Shown: positions 8,379-16,737, counted from the stretch's first letter. The stretch: 64,000 nt of DNA from Propionibacteriaceae bacterium (GCA_016717345.1 JADKFR010000002.1:246040-310039); one strand, 5' to 3'. Notes: generated by a model from the sequence alone, not told the origin. Translations and numbers: made by a program.

Positions 8379-9491
8379 TCACGCTTTGATCAGCAGCTTG
8401 GCGTTGGCCTGGGGCAACTCGATGAAGGACTGCCCCGGCGCCATCTTCAACGGCGAGCCGTCGGTGAGGGTGAATTGGAACACCTCGCTGGCGGCGCCCT
8501 TGCGCCACGTCCCGGTGACGTACTTGCCGCCGTGGAAGTAGTAGAAGCTGCCCTTGGTGTCGATGATGTCGTGGAAGGGCTCGTGGTGGTCGTAGTGCTG
8601 CCGGGCCCGGATCACCAGGACGTTGTCGGTCGAGACCCGGGTGCCGTCGGCGAGCACGTGCTTGCCCCACGGCATGCTGCGCAGGTAACGGTTGCTCTTG
8701 GCGTCGTAGCTGTAGGTCATGTCGTAGGTGTGGCCGGCCTTCCACGGGACGCCGATGGTGCGCGCGGCCTTCCCGGCGACCTCGGTGCTGACCTCCTCGG
8801 GCGAGGCCGCCCACGGGAAGTAGTGCTGCGGCGGCCCGGAGGCGAACTTCTTGGTCTGCTTGGCCAACATCTTGGGATGGCACAGGACGGCCCGGTCGTA
8901 GTACGTCACCCCGCCGAGGACGCGCACGCGGCTGGGGTCGATCGAGTACGACCCCGTCCCCTTGGTGGCCATGTAGTTCTTGTCCGTCACCAGGTAGTCC
9001 TGGAACTTCTTGGTGTAGTTCATCACCCACCCGGCACCTCCGGTGTTGCCGATGATCGCGGTGATCGGGCTGAGCATGGCCATGTCGACCGGACGGATGG
9101 AGCGGACGGGCCCGACATCGGGGGCCATCGTGGTGTGGAAGATCGGCACCAACCGGGTGCCCGACTGGCCGAGCACCGCCGGGTAGCCTTCCAGCTGCAC
9201 ATAGACGATGTCAGCCTTGTCGATCCCCTTCTGCGGGTGTTCGCCCTTGTTGTCGGGCACTTTGACGGCGACCGCAATGTGCGCGGCATCCTCGGCGTTC
9301 TTGAGGACCTTGCCGGTCAGCGGCCAACGCGGCGTCAGGTCCTGCGTCGGAGTCGGCGTGGGCGACGGGGTCGAGGGCTCCGGAGGGTTCGTCACCACGG
9401 GCTCGGACGGCTGAGCCGTGCATCCGACAACGGCCAGGCCGGCGGTACCCAGCGCGCCGATCATCGCAGTCCTGCGGCTCACCGCGTCCAT
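8379..9491 (-). CDS. DUF3048-like secreted lipoprotein
   Basis: 370 aa. The signal/lipobox is RRTAMIGALGTAGLAVVGC, followed by a Pro/Thr linker. The body (PLTGKVL...VAVKVPDN...GIDKADIVYVQLEGY...VGPVRSIRPVD) resembles DUF3048. The gene ends 17 bp upstream of the ABC exporter start, so the two are probably one operon. Confidence 0.65.
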   Translation of the reverse strand: MDAVSRRTAMIGALGTAGLAVVGCTAQPSEPVVTNPPEPSTPSPTPTPTQDLTPRWPLTGKVLKNAEDAAHIAVAVKVPDNKGEHPQKGIDKADIVYVQLEGYPAVLGQSGTRLVPIFHTTMAPDVGPVRSIRPVDMAMLSPITAIIGNTGGAGWVMNYTKKFQDYLVTDKNYMATKGTGSYSIDPSRVRVLGGVTYYDRAVLCHPKMLAKQTKKFASGPPQHYFPWAASPEEVSTEVAGKAARTIGVPWKAGHTYDMTYSYDAKSNRYLRSMPWGKHVLADGTRVSTDNVLVIRARQHYDHHEPFHDIIDTKGSFYYFHGGKYVTGTWRKGAASEVFQFTLTDGSPLKMAPGQSFIELPQANAKLLIKA

Positions 9492-9599
9492 GGGCAGACC
9501 TCCTGGGTCAGGTTCGTGCGTCGCGTCGGCGGCGCGCCCCCATCGTAGGACGCCCCCACGACAGTCCTGCCACGACCCTCGGGCGTGACACGCAGTTCG

Positions 9600-9902
9600 T
9601 CAGACCGTGTAATCCATGCAGGCGCGCGACGTCCGCACCTGGCCGATGAACTGGGCGACGGCAACGTGGGCGGGGTGCGTGGCGTAGGCGTGCAGCGCCT
9701 CGACCGACTCGAACTCGCTGTACAGCGCCAGATCGAAGTCGTGCTCCAGCGGATCCGTCCCGATCACCGGCTCGAACGCCTTCATGCCCGGCACCAGGTT
9801 CTTCAGCGCCAGCAGGTCAGCCTGCACCTTCGCCAGGTTCGCGGCCTTCGACGAGCCGGCGGCCTCGTCGGCGAAGTTCCACAACACGATGTGCTTGATC
9901 AT
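9600..9902 (-). CDS. Dabb (stress-responsive alpha/beta barrel) domain protein
   Basis: 100 aa counted from the internal ATG (MIKHIVLWNFADEA...HPAHVAVAQF). The longer 167-aa track ORF overlaps the upstream gene. Confidence 0.85.
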   Translation of the reverse strand: MIKHIVLWNFADEAAGSSKAANLAKVQADLLALKNLVPGMKAFEPVIGTDPLEHDFDLALYSEFESVEALHAYATHPAHVAVAQFIGQVRTSRACMDYTV

Positions 9903-9909
9903 GAGCGCC

Positions 9910-11295
9910 TCATTCCTTGTCTGAGATGGAAAGCTGTTCGTCCGCGAGCGACGGCGGGCCGCCCGGCTGGCCGAGCCGCACCAGGTCGAGGAGTTCGTGC
10001 CACGCCTCGATCTTGGTCCGGTGGCGGCCCTCGGAGCTACCCAGCGATTGTTCGGCGGAATCAATCCGCTGCCAGTCCGCCAGGCTTGACCAGTTGATGC
10101 CACGCGAGACCAGCACCTCGTCCGGATCGACGAGGTCGAGGGACCCGCTGGCCGCCAGGTCGTCGACCAGCGCGGCGACGGTCTCGGCGGCGTCGGCCTT
10201 GTTGGTGCCGATCACCCCGATCGGGCCACGCTTGATCCAACCGACCGCGTACTCGCCGGGACGGATGGTGCCGTCCGGCTCGCACACCCGTCCGGCCAGG
10301 TTGGGGATCCGTCCGGTGGCCTCGTCGAACGGCACCCCCGGCAGCGGGACCCCGCGGTACCCGATGGCCCGCAACACCAACTCGGCCTCGATGACGACCT
10401 CGGCACCGGTGCCACGCACCCGGCCCGGCCCGGCCGGCTCGGTGCCCTCCAGCACGACGGCTTCCACCCGCTGCTCCCCGACCAGACGAACCGGTTGGTG
10501 CCAGAACAGGAAGTGCAGCCGGGCTCGCGGCTGAGGGACGCTGCGTCCGTCCGCCTCGGCCAGGGCGGCGACGTTCGCGCGGGTGCGACGGTCGAGGACG
10601 GCGTCGTCGACGGCCCCCAGATCGCAGCCCTCCACGCTGACGGCGACCCCGGGGGTGGTGAGCAGTTCCCGCAGTTCGGTGGTGGTGAAGCTGGCGTGCT
10701 CGGGCCCCCGGCGTCCGATCACCCAGACGTCGGTGATCTGGTGGGTGGCCAGCTCGGCGAGCACCGGTACCGGCATGTCCGTGGCTGACAGGTCGTCGGC
10801 GGTCTTGACCAGCATCCGCGCGACGTCGATCGCGACATTGCCCACGCCGACCGTCACCGCCGTGTGCACGCCGTCGAAGTACTGGGGCTCGGCGTCGGGA
10901 TGCCCCGAGTACCAGGCCACGAACTCGCGGGCGGAACGGCTACCGGGCAGGTCCTCGCCCGGGACGTGAAGCCGACGGTCCTCACTGGCGCCGGCAGCGT
11001 AGATGACGGCGTCGTAGGCGGCGGTGAGATCGGCGACGCTCAGGTTCCGTCCGAGCTCCACCAGCCCGAGGAAGCGGACATGCGGGGAGTCGAAGACATG
11101 GGCCAGGGCCGTCGCGATCGCCTTGATGCTGGCGTGGTCGGGCGCCACCCCGTAGCGCAGCAGCCCGAACGGCGTGGGCAGCCGGTCGAAGATGTCCACC
11201 CGCACATCGAGCCGGTCCTGGCTGAGCAGCGACTGCGCGGCGAACAGCCCCGAGGGCCCAGCGCCGATGATGGCGATCCGCCGGGGCCCGGTCAC
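9910..11295 (-). CDS. fprA: ferredoxin/adrenodoxin--NADP+ reductase (FprA-like)
   Basis: 461 aa from the GTG at 11295 (VTGPRRIAIIGAGPSGLFAAQSLL). This start forms a GTGA overlap with the upstream stop. It has the FAD GxGxxG motif and an FprA-like length. The upstream 110 aa of the track ORF overlap the PIG-L gene and were rejected. Confidence 0.85.
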   Translation of the reverse strand: MTGPRRIAIIGAGPSGLFAAQSLLSQDRLDVRVDIFDRLPTPFGLLRYGVAPDHASIKAIATALAHVFDSPHVRFLGLVELGRNLSVADLTAAYDAVIYAAGASEDRRLHVPGEDLPGSRSAREFVAWYSGHPDAEPQYFDGVHTAVTVGVGNVAIDVARMLVKTADDLSATDMPVPVLAELATHQITDVWVIGRRGPEHASFTTTELRELLTTPGVAVSVEGCDLGAVDDAVLDRRTRANVAALAEADGRSVPQPRARLHFLFWHQPVRLVGEQRVEAVVLEGTEPAGPGRVRGTGAEVVIEAELVLRAIGYRGVPLPGVPFDEATGRIPNLAGRVCEPDGTIRPGEYAVGWIKRGPIGVIGTNKADAAETVAALVDDLAASGSLDLVDPDEVLVSRGINWSSLADWQRIDSAEQSLGSSEGRHRTKIEAWHELLDLVRLGQPGGPPSLADEQLSISDKE

Positions 11296-12047
11296 CGGGC
11301 CCGCCCGTCCCGGACCGGGCGCAGCGTGACGCTGGTCTGGATGGCCTCGCGCTGGCCACCGACGTGAACCACCTCGTCGCCCTCGACGGTGAGCTGGCTG
11401 GCATACCGCGTCAGGGCGTCCCGAACCGTCGGGAGCCGGTGCGGCAGGTCGTAGCTCTGGGCGGTGGGCCCGGCGGAGGCCAGGTGCGGCTGGGAGACGA
11501 TCTCGAGGCACCGGACGCCGGCCCGCCTGGCCGCCGCGACGGCGATCTGGTGGCAGGCGACATGGTCGGGGTGCCCGTACCCCCCGAAAGCGTCGTAGCT
11601 GACCACCGCCTGGGCCCGGAACCATTCCAGGTAGGCCGCGGCATCCGCGGCCGCCTCCACGAGTGGGGCGGCGGTCAGGGCGTCCGGGCCCGCGTGCGGG
11701 GCAGGGCCGGCGACCTCGGGCGTCACCCAGACCATGCCGGAGTCGAGGTAGCGCCGGCGCGGGCGTCCGGCACCGAGCGCGGGCGGGTCGCCCAGGAAGG
11801 CGGAACTGCGCACACCCAGGACGGCCAGCGCGGCCGCGCGTTCCTCCGCGCGGTGGTCACCCAGGCCGCGGTCCTGCGCGACCGCACCGCGGACCACGTC
11901 ACCCCGCTCCCCGCGGGTGGCCGTCAGCACCGCCACGTCCGCCCCCTCGGCGACCAGCTCCGCGATCAGGGCTCCGGTGGCCAGCGTCTCGTCATCGGGG
12001 TGGGCGTGCAGGAACAGCACCCGCGTCAGCCCGCTCAGGTGTCCCAT
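11292..12047 (-). CDS. PIG-L family deacetylase, MshB-like
   Basis: 251 aa. It carries the metal-binding motif VLFLHAHPDDETLATG. It overlaps the mshA stop by 13 bp, which suggests translational coupling. Confidence 0.75.
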   Translation of the reverse strand: MGHLSGLTRVLFLHAHPDDETLATGALIAELVAEGADVAVLTATRGERGDVVRGAVAQDRGLGDHRAEERAAALAVLGVRSSAFLGDPPALGAGRPRRRYLDSGMVWVTPEVAGPAPHAGPDALTAAPLVEAAADAAAYLEWFRAQAVVSYDAFGGYGHPDHVACHQIAVAAARRAGVRCLEIVSQPHLASAGPTAQSYDLPHRLPTVRDALTRYASQLTVEGDEVVHVGGQREAIQTSVTLRPVRDGRAR

Positions 12048-13261
12048 GCGTCATCCCGTCCGAGAAGGTGTTCATAGACCGCCACCAGCCTGGCGACCGA
12101 CCAGGACCACACGAACCGCCGGGCGTGGACCCGTGCGACGATGCCCATCCGCTCCAGCAGACCGGGTTCGGTCAGCAGTCGGGTGATCGCCATCCCCCAA
12201 TCCTCGGGACGGCGGGAGTCCATCAGCTGGCCGGTTTCGCCGTGGGCGACGGCCTCCCGCAGCCCGCCCGCAGCGGCCGCGATCACCGGGGTGCCGCTCG
12301 CCTCGGCCTCCAGGGCCACCAGGCCGAACGTTTCGGAGTGGGACGGGACGAGCAGGATCCGCGCCCATCGCATCAGCTTGGCCAGCATCGGACGGGGTTG
12401 CGGACCGACGAAGGTCACATCCTCGGACAGGCCCAGCTCGTCGACCAGTGCCAGCAACTTCGCCTCGTAGGCGGCGAAGTCGGCCGAGACGTCCCCGGCG
12501 ACGACGAGGTGCGGACGGATCTCGGCGGGCACGTGGGCCAGCGCGCGAATCGCGAGATCAGGTCCCTTGAGTGGCTGTAATCGCGCCGCGAACAGCAGGT
12601 AGCCGCGCGGCAGTGGCCGCTCCTCGGGGCAACACCACGGTTCCTCGTCCGCGGTGAGGGGACGGAACAGGGCCAGATCGACGCCGGGGGAGATGATGCG
12701 CACCCGTTCGGGCTCGGCGCCGCAGCGTTCGATGACCGTTCGAGCCTCGGCGGCACTGATGGCCACCACCGCCTGGGACTCCCGGGCCACCAACGCCTCG
12801 CCGGGCACCCGGGCCGGCGACTCCGGCGGCTCACCCTCGGCCAGCGGCGAACCGGGCAGGGCGGCGACCGAGTGGTAGCTCTGCACGTGCGGGATCCCCC
12901 ACGCGCGGGTGTGCGGCAGCGCGGCGACCCCCGACATCCAGTGATGGGAATGGACGATGTCGTAGGGGCCCAGCTCACCGAAGCCCGCGGAGAACTCGTC
13001 GATATGGGCGTCGATCTCACTCTTCGGAAGCGGGGTGGGCGGGCCGGCGTCCAGGTGCCGCAGCAGCACCCGCGGGGCCAACTCCACCACGTCCGGGGCG
13101 TCCGGAGCGGTGCGACGAGTGATCAGCTCGACGTGGTGGCCCAGATCGGCCAGGGCGTCGGCCTGGGCGCGCTCGACGACGTTCAACCCGCCCGCATCAC
13201 CGGAACCGGGCTGGGTCGCCGGGGAGGTGTGGAGGGAGACGAACGCGATTCGCAGCGGCAC
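12035..13261 (-). CDS. mshA: D-inositol-3-phosphate glycosyltransferase (mycothiol biosynthesis MshA)
   Basis: 408 aa GT4 protein. The N-terminal IAFVSLHTSPATQPGSGDAGGLNVV matches the MshA signature SLHTSPLxQPGxGDAGGMNVY. A GT4 EX7E-type C-terminus is present. Confidence 0.85.
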   Translation of the reverse strand: MPLRIAFVSLHTSPATQPGSGDAGGLNVVERAQADALADLGHHVELITRRTAPDAPDVVELAPRVLLRHLDAGPPTPLPKSEIDAHIDEFSAGFGELGPYDIVHSHHWMSGVAALPHTRAWGIPHVQSYHSVAALPGSPLAEGEPPESPARVPGEALVARESQAVVAISAAEARTVIERCGAEPERVRIISPGVDLALFRPLTADEEPWCCPEERPLPRGYLLFAARLQPLKGPDLAIRALAHVPAEIRPHLVVAGDVSADFAAYEAKLLALVDELGLSEDVTFVGPQPRPMLAKLMRWARILLVPSHSETFGLVALEAEASGTPVIAAAAGGLREAVAHGETGQLMDSRRPEDWGMAITRLLTEPGLLERMGIVARVHARRFVWSWSVARLVAVYEHLLGRDDAWDT

Positions 13262-13344
13262 GAGCAGAGCTTAGTGGTGGGACCGTCCCGTGCGCCGCAC
13301 CCAGCCGTGCTCGCGGGGGAGGGCTGGCGGCTCTCGCCTCATCC

Positions 13345-13517
13345 TCTCCCCCCGCACCTTGCGCCCCCTACGGCACCTTGCGCCTCTCCCCCCGCACCTT
13401 GCGCCCCCCCCCCCGCACCTTGCGCCCCCCTTGCGCCTCTCGCCCCGCACCTTGCGCCCCCTACGGCACCTTGCGCCTGCTATAGGAGGCGCAAGGACAC
13501 CCACGGGGCGCAAAGTC
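13345..13517. repeat. REP/MITE-like element, expanded form: 7 direct CACCTTGCGCC copies followed by 2 inverted copies (GGCGCAAGG, GGGGCGCAAAGTC)
   Basis: Read directly. Direct copies lie at 13355, 13374, 13395, 13416, 13429 (partial), 13448 and 13467. Inverted copies lie at 13488-13496 and 13505-13517. The architecture matches the element at 16062-16136. Confidence 0.9.
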
Positions 13518-13548
13518 CCAGAAGATGGGTGCCGCGGGCGCTGGACGC

Positions 13549-13770
13549 CCGGACATCCGACACCCGCGCCCCGCGCCCCGCGCCCCCGGACACCCGACAC
13601 CGGATACCGGACACCCGCGCCCGCGCCCCGCCGACCCCGCCACCGCGCCCCGCGCCCCCGACACCCGACCCCCGCGCCCCGCGACACCCGCGCCCCCGCA
13701 CCCGACACCCGCGCCCCGACACCCGCCCCCGCGCCCCCCGACCCCGACCCCCGACGCCGGCCACGGGCGT
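13549..13770. repeat. strand-asymmetric C-rich degenerate repeat tract (GACACCCG x7 exact)
   Basis: Read directly. Exact GACACCCG copies start at 13559, 13589, 13610, 13660, 13683, 13704 and 13718, embedded in CGCGCCCC-type filler. The plus strand has almost no T and only CpG-context G. The minus strand is made of G3-G6 runs. Confidence 0.9.
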
Positions 13771-13788
13771 CCGTGAGAGAGTTGCCCG

Positions 13789-15039
13789 GTGAATCGTTCG
13801 AAAACCACCCCCAACGCGCTGTTCCTGGCGATTCTGGCCGGGCTCGGCATGGTCGGGCCGTTCTCGATCGACACCATCTTTCCGGCCTTCGGCTCCCTTG
13901 GCGCCGAGTGGGGGGTCTCCGAGTTCGCCCTTCAGCAGCTGGTGAGTGTCTACCTGCTCTCGTTCGCCGCGATGAGCCTGCTGCACGGCCCGCTGTCGGA
14001 CGCGCTCGGGCGGCGTCCCGTCATCATCGCCGGGACGATCCTCTACACCCTGGTCTCCATCGGGTGCGCCCTGTCACCGAACCTGACCGTCCTGTTGGTG
14101 TTCCGTGCCCTCCAAGGAATGACGGCCGGGGCCGGCCAGATCGTCAGCCGGGCCATGGTCCGAGACGTCTATTCCGATGACCAGGCCCAGCGGACGATGA
14201 GCCACATCGCGATGATCTTCGGCCTCGCCCCCGCCCTGGCCCCGATCGTCGGCGGCTGGATTCTGGGCGTGGGGAACTGGCGCGACATCTTCTGGTTCCT
14301 GGCCGCCTTCGGCCTCGTGTTGCTGGTTCTCGTCCAGTTCTGGATGCCGGAAACCCATCCCTCGCAGGACCGGACCCCGTTCAGCGTCGAGCGCCTGACC
14401 GGCAGCCTGCTCCAGGTCTGGCGCAACCCGAGCGGACGCCGCCTGGCCTTCACCGGGATGTTCAACTTCGCCGGCATGTTCCTCTACATCAGCTCGGCGC
14501 CGCTGTTCGTGGTGAAGCTGCTGGGCAAGGGCGAGCAGGACTTCTGGATCCTGTTCGTGCCGCTGATCTCCGGCATGGTGGTCGGTTCCTGGGCCAGCGG
14601 GCAGCTGGCCGGACGCATCTCCGGACGGCGGCTGGCCACCCTCGGCTACGTGATCAGCGCCGTGGGGGCCCTCACCAACCTGGTACTCAGCCTGCTGCCG
14701 TCCACCCAGGGGCTTCCCTGGGCGGTGGCGGCGCTGCCGGTGCTCTCGTTCGGAATCGCGATCGCGTTCCCGATCCTCACCCTCGCCATGCTGGACCTGT
14801 TCCCGACCCTGCGGGGCGCGGCCTCGTCGGTGCAGTCGTTCGTCCAACTGCTCGCGAACGCCGCCATCGCCGGAGTCCTGGCACCGATGCTGGCGTTCTC
14901 GCTGCCGGGCCTGGCGGTCGGCGCCCTGGTGATGGTGGCCATCGCGTGGTCGCTGTGGCAGTGGCATCTGCACGTCACCCACCAGGAACCCCCGACCACC
15001 CACGAGGCCGCCGCTTACGAGCCGACCGAGGACATGTGA
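13789..15039 (+). CDS. MFS drug-resistance transporter, Bcr/CflA subfamily
   Basis: 416 aa with 12 predicted TM segments and a GTG start. The sequence FSIDTIFPAFGSLGAEWGVSEFALQQLVSVYLLSFAAMSLLHGPLSDALGRRPVII is typical of Bcr/CflA. Confidence 0.85.
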   Translation: MNRSKTTPNALFLAILAGLGMVGPFSIDTIFPAFGSLGAEWGVSEFALQQLVSVYLLSFAAMSLLHGPLSDALGRRPVIIAGTILYTLVSIGCALSPNLTVLLVFRALQGMTAGAGQIVSRAMVRDVYSDDQAQRTMSHIAMIFGLAPALAPIVGGWILGVGNWRDIFWFLAAFGLVLLVLVQFWMPETHPSQDRTPFSVERLTGSLLQVWRNPSGRRLAFTGMFNFAGMFLYISSAPLFVVKLLGKGEQDFWILFVPLISGMVVGSWASGQLAGRISGRRLATLGYVISAVGALTNLVLSLLPSTQGLPWAVAALPVLSFGIAIAFPILTLAMLDLFPTLRGAASSVQSFVQLLANAAIAGVLAPMLAFSLPGLAVGALVMVAIAWSLWQWHLHVTHQEPPTTHEAAAYEPTEDM

Positions 15040-15101
15040 GGCCAGAGTAGAAGCGGTCCAGGGTCTCGCCGACGACCCCTGATAGCGATAACATCTCGTC
15101 C

Positions 15102-16049
15102 ATGAGCAACGACGCCGGCTACCGCCTCGCCAATTCCCAGGTCGCGATCGAGATCCTGCCGTTCGGCGCCACCCTGCACTGCTTCGAGGTGCGCCAGCCG
15201 GACGGGTCCTGGCGCTCGATCGTGCTGGGACGGCAGAACCGCACGGCCGGCGACGCCTCCTACCTGGGCGCCACCGTGGGCCGCTTCGCCAACCGGATCG
15301 CCGGGGCCCGCTTCACCCTTGACGGCACGACCTACCAACTCGCCGCCAACGAGGGCCCCAACCAGTTGCACGGCGGCCCCGGCGGGTTCTCCGAGGTCAC
15401 CTGGCAGGTCGACTCCCTCACCCCCGACTCCATCGCGCTCAGCCTGGTCAGCCCGGACGGGGACCAGGGCTACCCGGGCACACTGCGGGCCACCGCCACG
15501 TTCTCGCTGCTGGACGACGGCGCTCAGGTCGTCTACAGCGCGACCACCGACGCGCCCACGCCGGTCAACCTCACCACCCACCCGTACTTCAACCTCGACG
15601 GCTCCCCGACCACCGACGACCACGTCCTCACCATGCCTGCGAGCCGCTACACGCCCAACCAGGACGACGGCATCCCGACCGGCGAGATCCGCGACGTGAC
15701 CGGATCGGCCGCCGACTTCCGGGCCGGACGGCCGCTGGGCGCGGCCCGCCTGGCCGCCGACGCCGAAGGCATCACCCGCAACGGCGGGTTCGACCACAAC
15801 TTCGTGGTGGACGGCGCGGGCCTGCGCGAGCACGTCCGGCTGGTGGGGCCCTCCGGGCTCACACTCGTGGTGCGCAGCGACGCGCCGGCCGTCCAGATCT
15901 ACGGCGGGGACCACCTGGGACGCAGCGGCGTCGCGATCGAGCCCCAGCGGTACCCCGACGCCCCGAACCACGACGGCTTCGGCCCCTCGGTGCTCCGGCC
16001 CGGGGAGACCTACCGGACCACCACCCAGTGGCTGGTCACGCAGGCCTGA
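15102..16049 (+). CDS. galM: aldose 1-epimerase (galactose mutarotase)
   Basis: 315 aa. The motifs GATVGRFANRIAGARFTLDGTTYQLAANEGPNQLHGGPGGF and the C-terminal AIEPQ are characteristic of this family. Confidence 0.9.
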   Translation: MSNDAGYRLANSQVAIEILPFGATLHCFEVRQPDGSWRSIVLGRQNRTAGDASYLGATVGRFANRIAGARFTLDGTTYQLAANEGPNQLHGGPGGFSEVTWQVDSLTPDSIALSLVSPDGDQGYPGTLRATATFSLLDDGAQVVYSATTDAPTPVNLTTHPYFNLDGSPTTDDHVLTMPASRYTPNQDDGIPTGEIRDVTGSAADFRAGRPLGAARLAADAEGITRNGGFDHNFVVDGAGLREHVRLVGPSGLTLVVRSDAPAVQIYGGDHLGRSGVAIEPQRYPDAPNHDGFGPSVLRPGETYRTTTQWLVTQA

Positions 16050-16061
16050 TCGGCCCTGTTC

Positions 16062-16136
16062 TCCTACCTTGCGCCCCATAGCCGACCTTGCGCGTGCTAC
16101 TGGGGGCGCAAAGTCACCCCCGGGGCGCAAAGTCGG
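16062..16136. repeat. REP/MITE-like nested inverted repeat, compact form (2 x ACCTTGCGC + 2 x GGGGCGCAAAGTC)
   Basis: Read directly. The left arms lie at 16066-16075 and 16085-16094, and the right arms at 16102-16115 and 16122-16134. The element fills the gap between the convergent galM and marR stops. Confidence 0.85.
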
Positions 16137-16147
16137 GACGGGACGGG

Positions 16148-16648
16148 TCAGTCGCCGGGCTGGTCCTGGGCGCGCAGGGTCACCAGGGCGCGGGCCATGG
16201 CGTCCAGCATCACCAGTGAACTCGCGCGGATGGTGTCCAGGTCGTCCATCGACAGTTCGTTGACGATGGCGCGCAGCACGCGATCGAACAGCGATTCCAT
16301 CAGGCCCATCATCGTCAGGCCGTCCCTGGTCACGTGCAGCCGGCGAACCCGACGGTCGGCCTCGTCGTCGTGCCGTTCCACCAGTCCCTTCTCGGCCAGT
16401 CGCTCGACCAGGCCGCTGGCCGTCGGGGTGGAGACGCCCAACCGTCCAGCCAGGGCGTGGACGGTGATGCCGGGAGTATGGATGAGCTCGCCCAGGCACC
16501 GGATCTGCTGCATGGTGAGATCGGGTGGCAGCGGCGCCGGCCCGACCAATTCCATCGATCGGTTCCGCGTCAGGTCGTACAGACCGAAGATCTGACGCAC
16601 CAGCGCATCGCGCTGCGGATCACCACTCTCTGGAATCTTGCCCGGCAA
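16148..16648 (-). CDS. MarR family transcriptional regulator
   Basis: 166 aa. It has a winged-HTH region (LTMQQIRCLGELIHTPGITVHALAGRLGVSTPTASGLVERLAEKGLVERHDDEADRRVRRLHVT). It is divergent from the RND pump gene. Confidence 0.9.
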   Translation of the reverse strand: MPGKIPESGDPQRDALVRQIFGLYDLTRNRSMELVGPAPLPPDLTMQQIRCLGELIHTPGITVHALAGRLGVSTPTASGLVERLAEKGLVERHDDEADRRVRRLHVTRDGLTMMGLMESLFDRVLRAIVNELSMDDLDTIRASSLVMLDAMARALVTLRAQDQPGD

Positions 16649-16675
16649 CTCTCAACCCCCTTTGGGCTCTTCGGC

Positions 16676-16737
16676 ACTTGTTAGTACCATGTAACTTGTT
16701 AGTGCAATGCTAACGAACGATGCCAGCTCTTGGCATC
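16676..16737. promoter_or_regulatory. candidate MarR operator cluster in the marR/RND divergent promoter region
   Basis: Three elements were read directly:
- direct repeat ACTTGTTAGT at 16676-16685 and 16694-16703
- inverted repeat GTTAG-N7-CTAAC at 16698-16714
- perfect inverted repeat GATGCCA-N5-TGGCATC at 16719-16737

The region is AT-rich for this genome. Confidence 0.4.

Noticed and set aside
11296-11625. N-terminal extensions of the track ORFs for fprA (to 11625), serS (to 43990), the Cof-type HAD (to 43121), ada-alkA (from 25782), the Dabb protein (to 10103), aat (to 48774) and E1 beta (to 53727)
   Set aside because: Each extension overlaps the upstream gene and lacks homology. Internal starts that give canonical N-termini, often with ATGA/GTGA coupling, were preferred.
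13290-14180. 296-aa ORF (and the 13271-13708 and 13480-13986 minus-strand ORFs) running through the mshA/MFS intergenic repeats
   Set aside because: The translations are Pro/Arg/Ala or Gly/Arg low-complexity strings generated by the repeats themselves. The plus-strand ORF continues out of frame into the well-supported MFS gene. I treated the region as non-coding repeat DNA.
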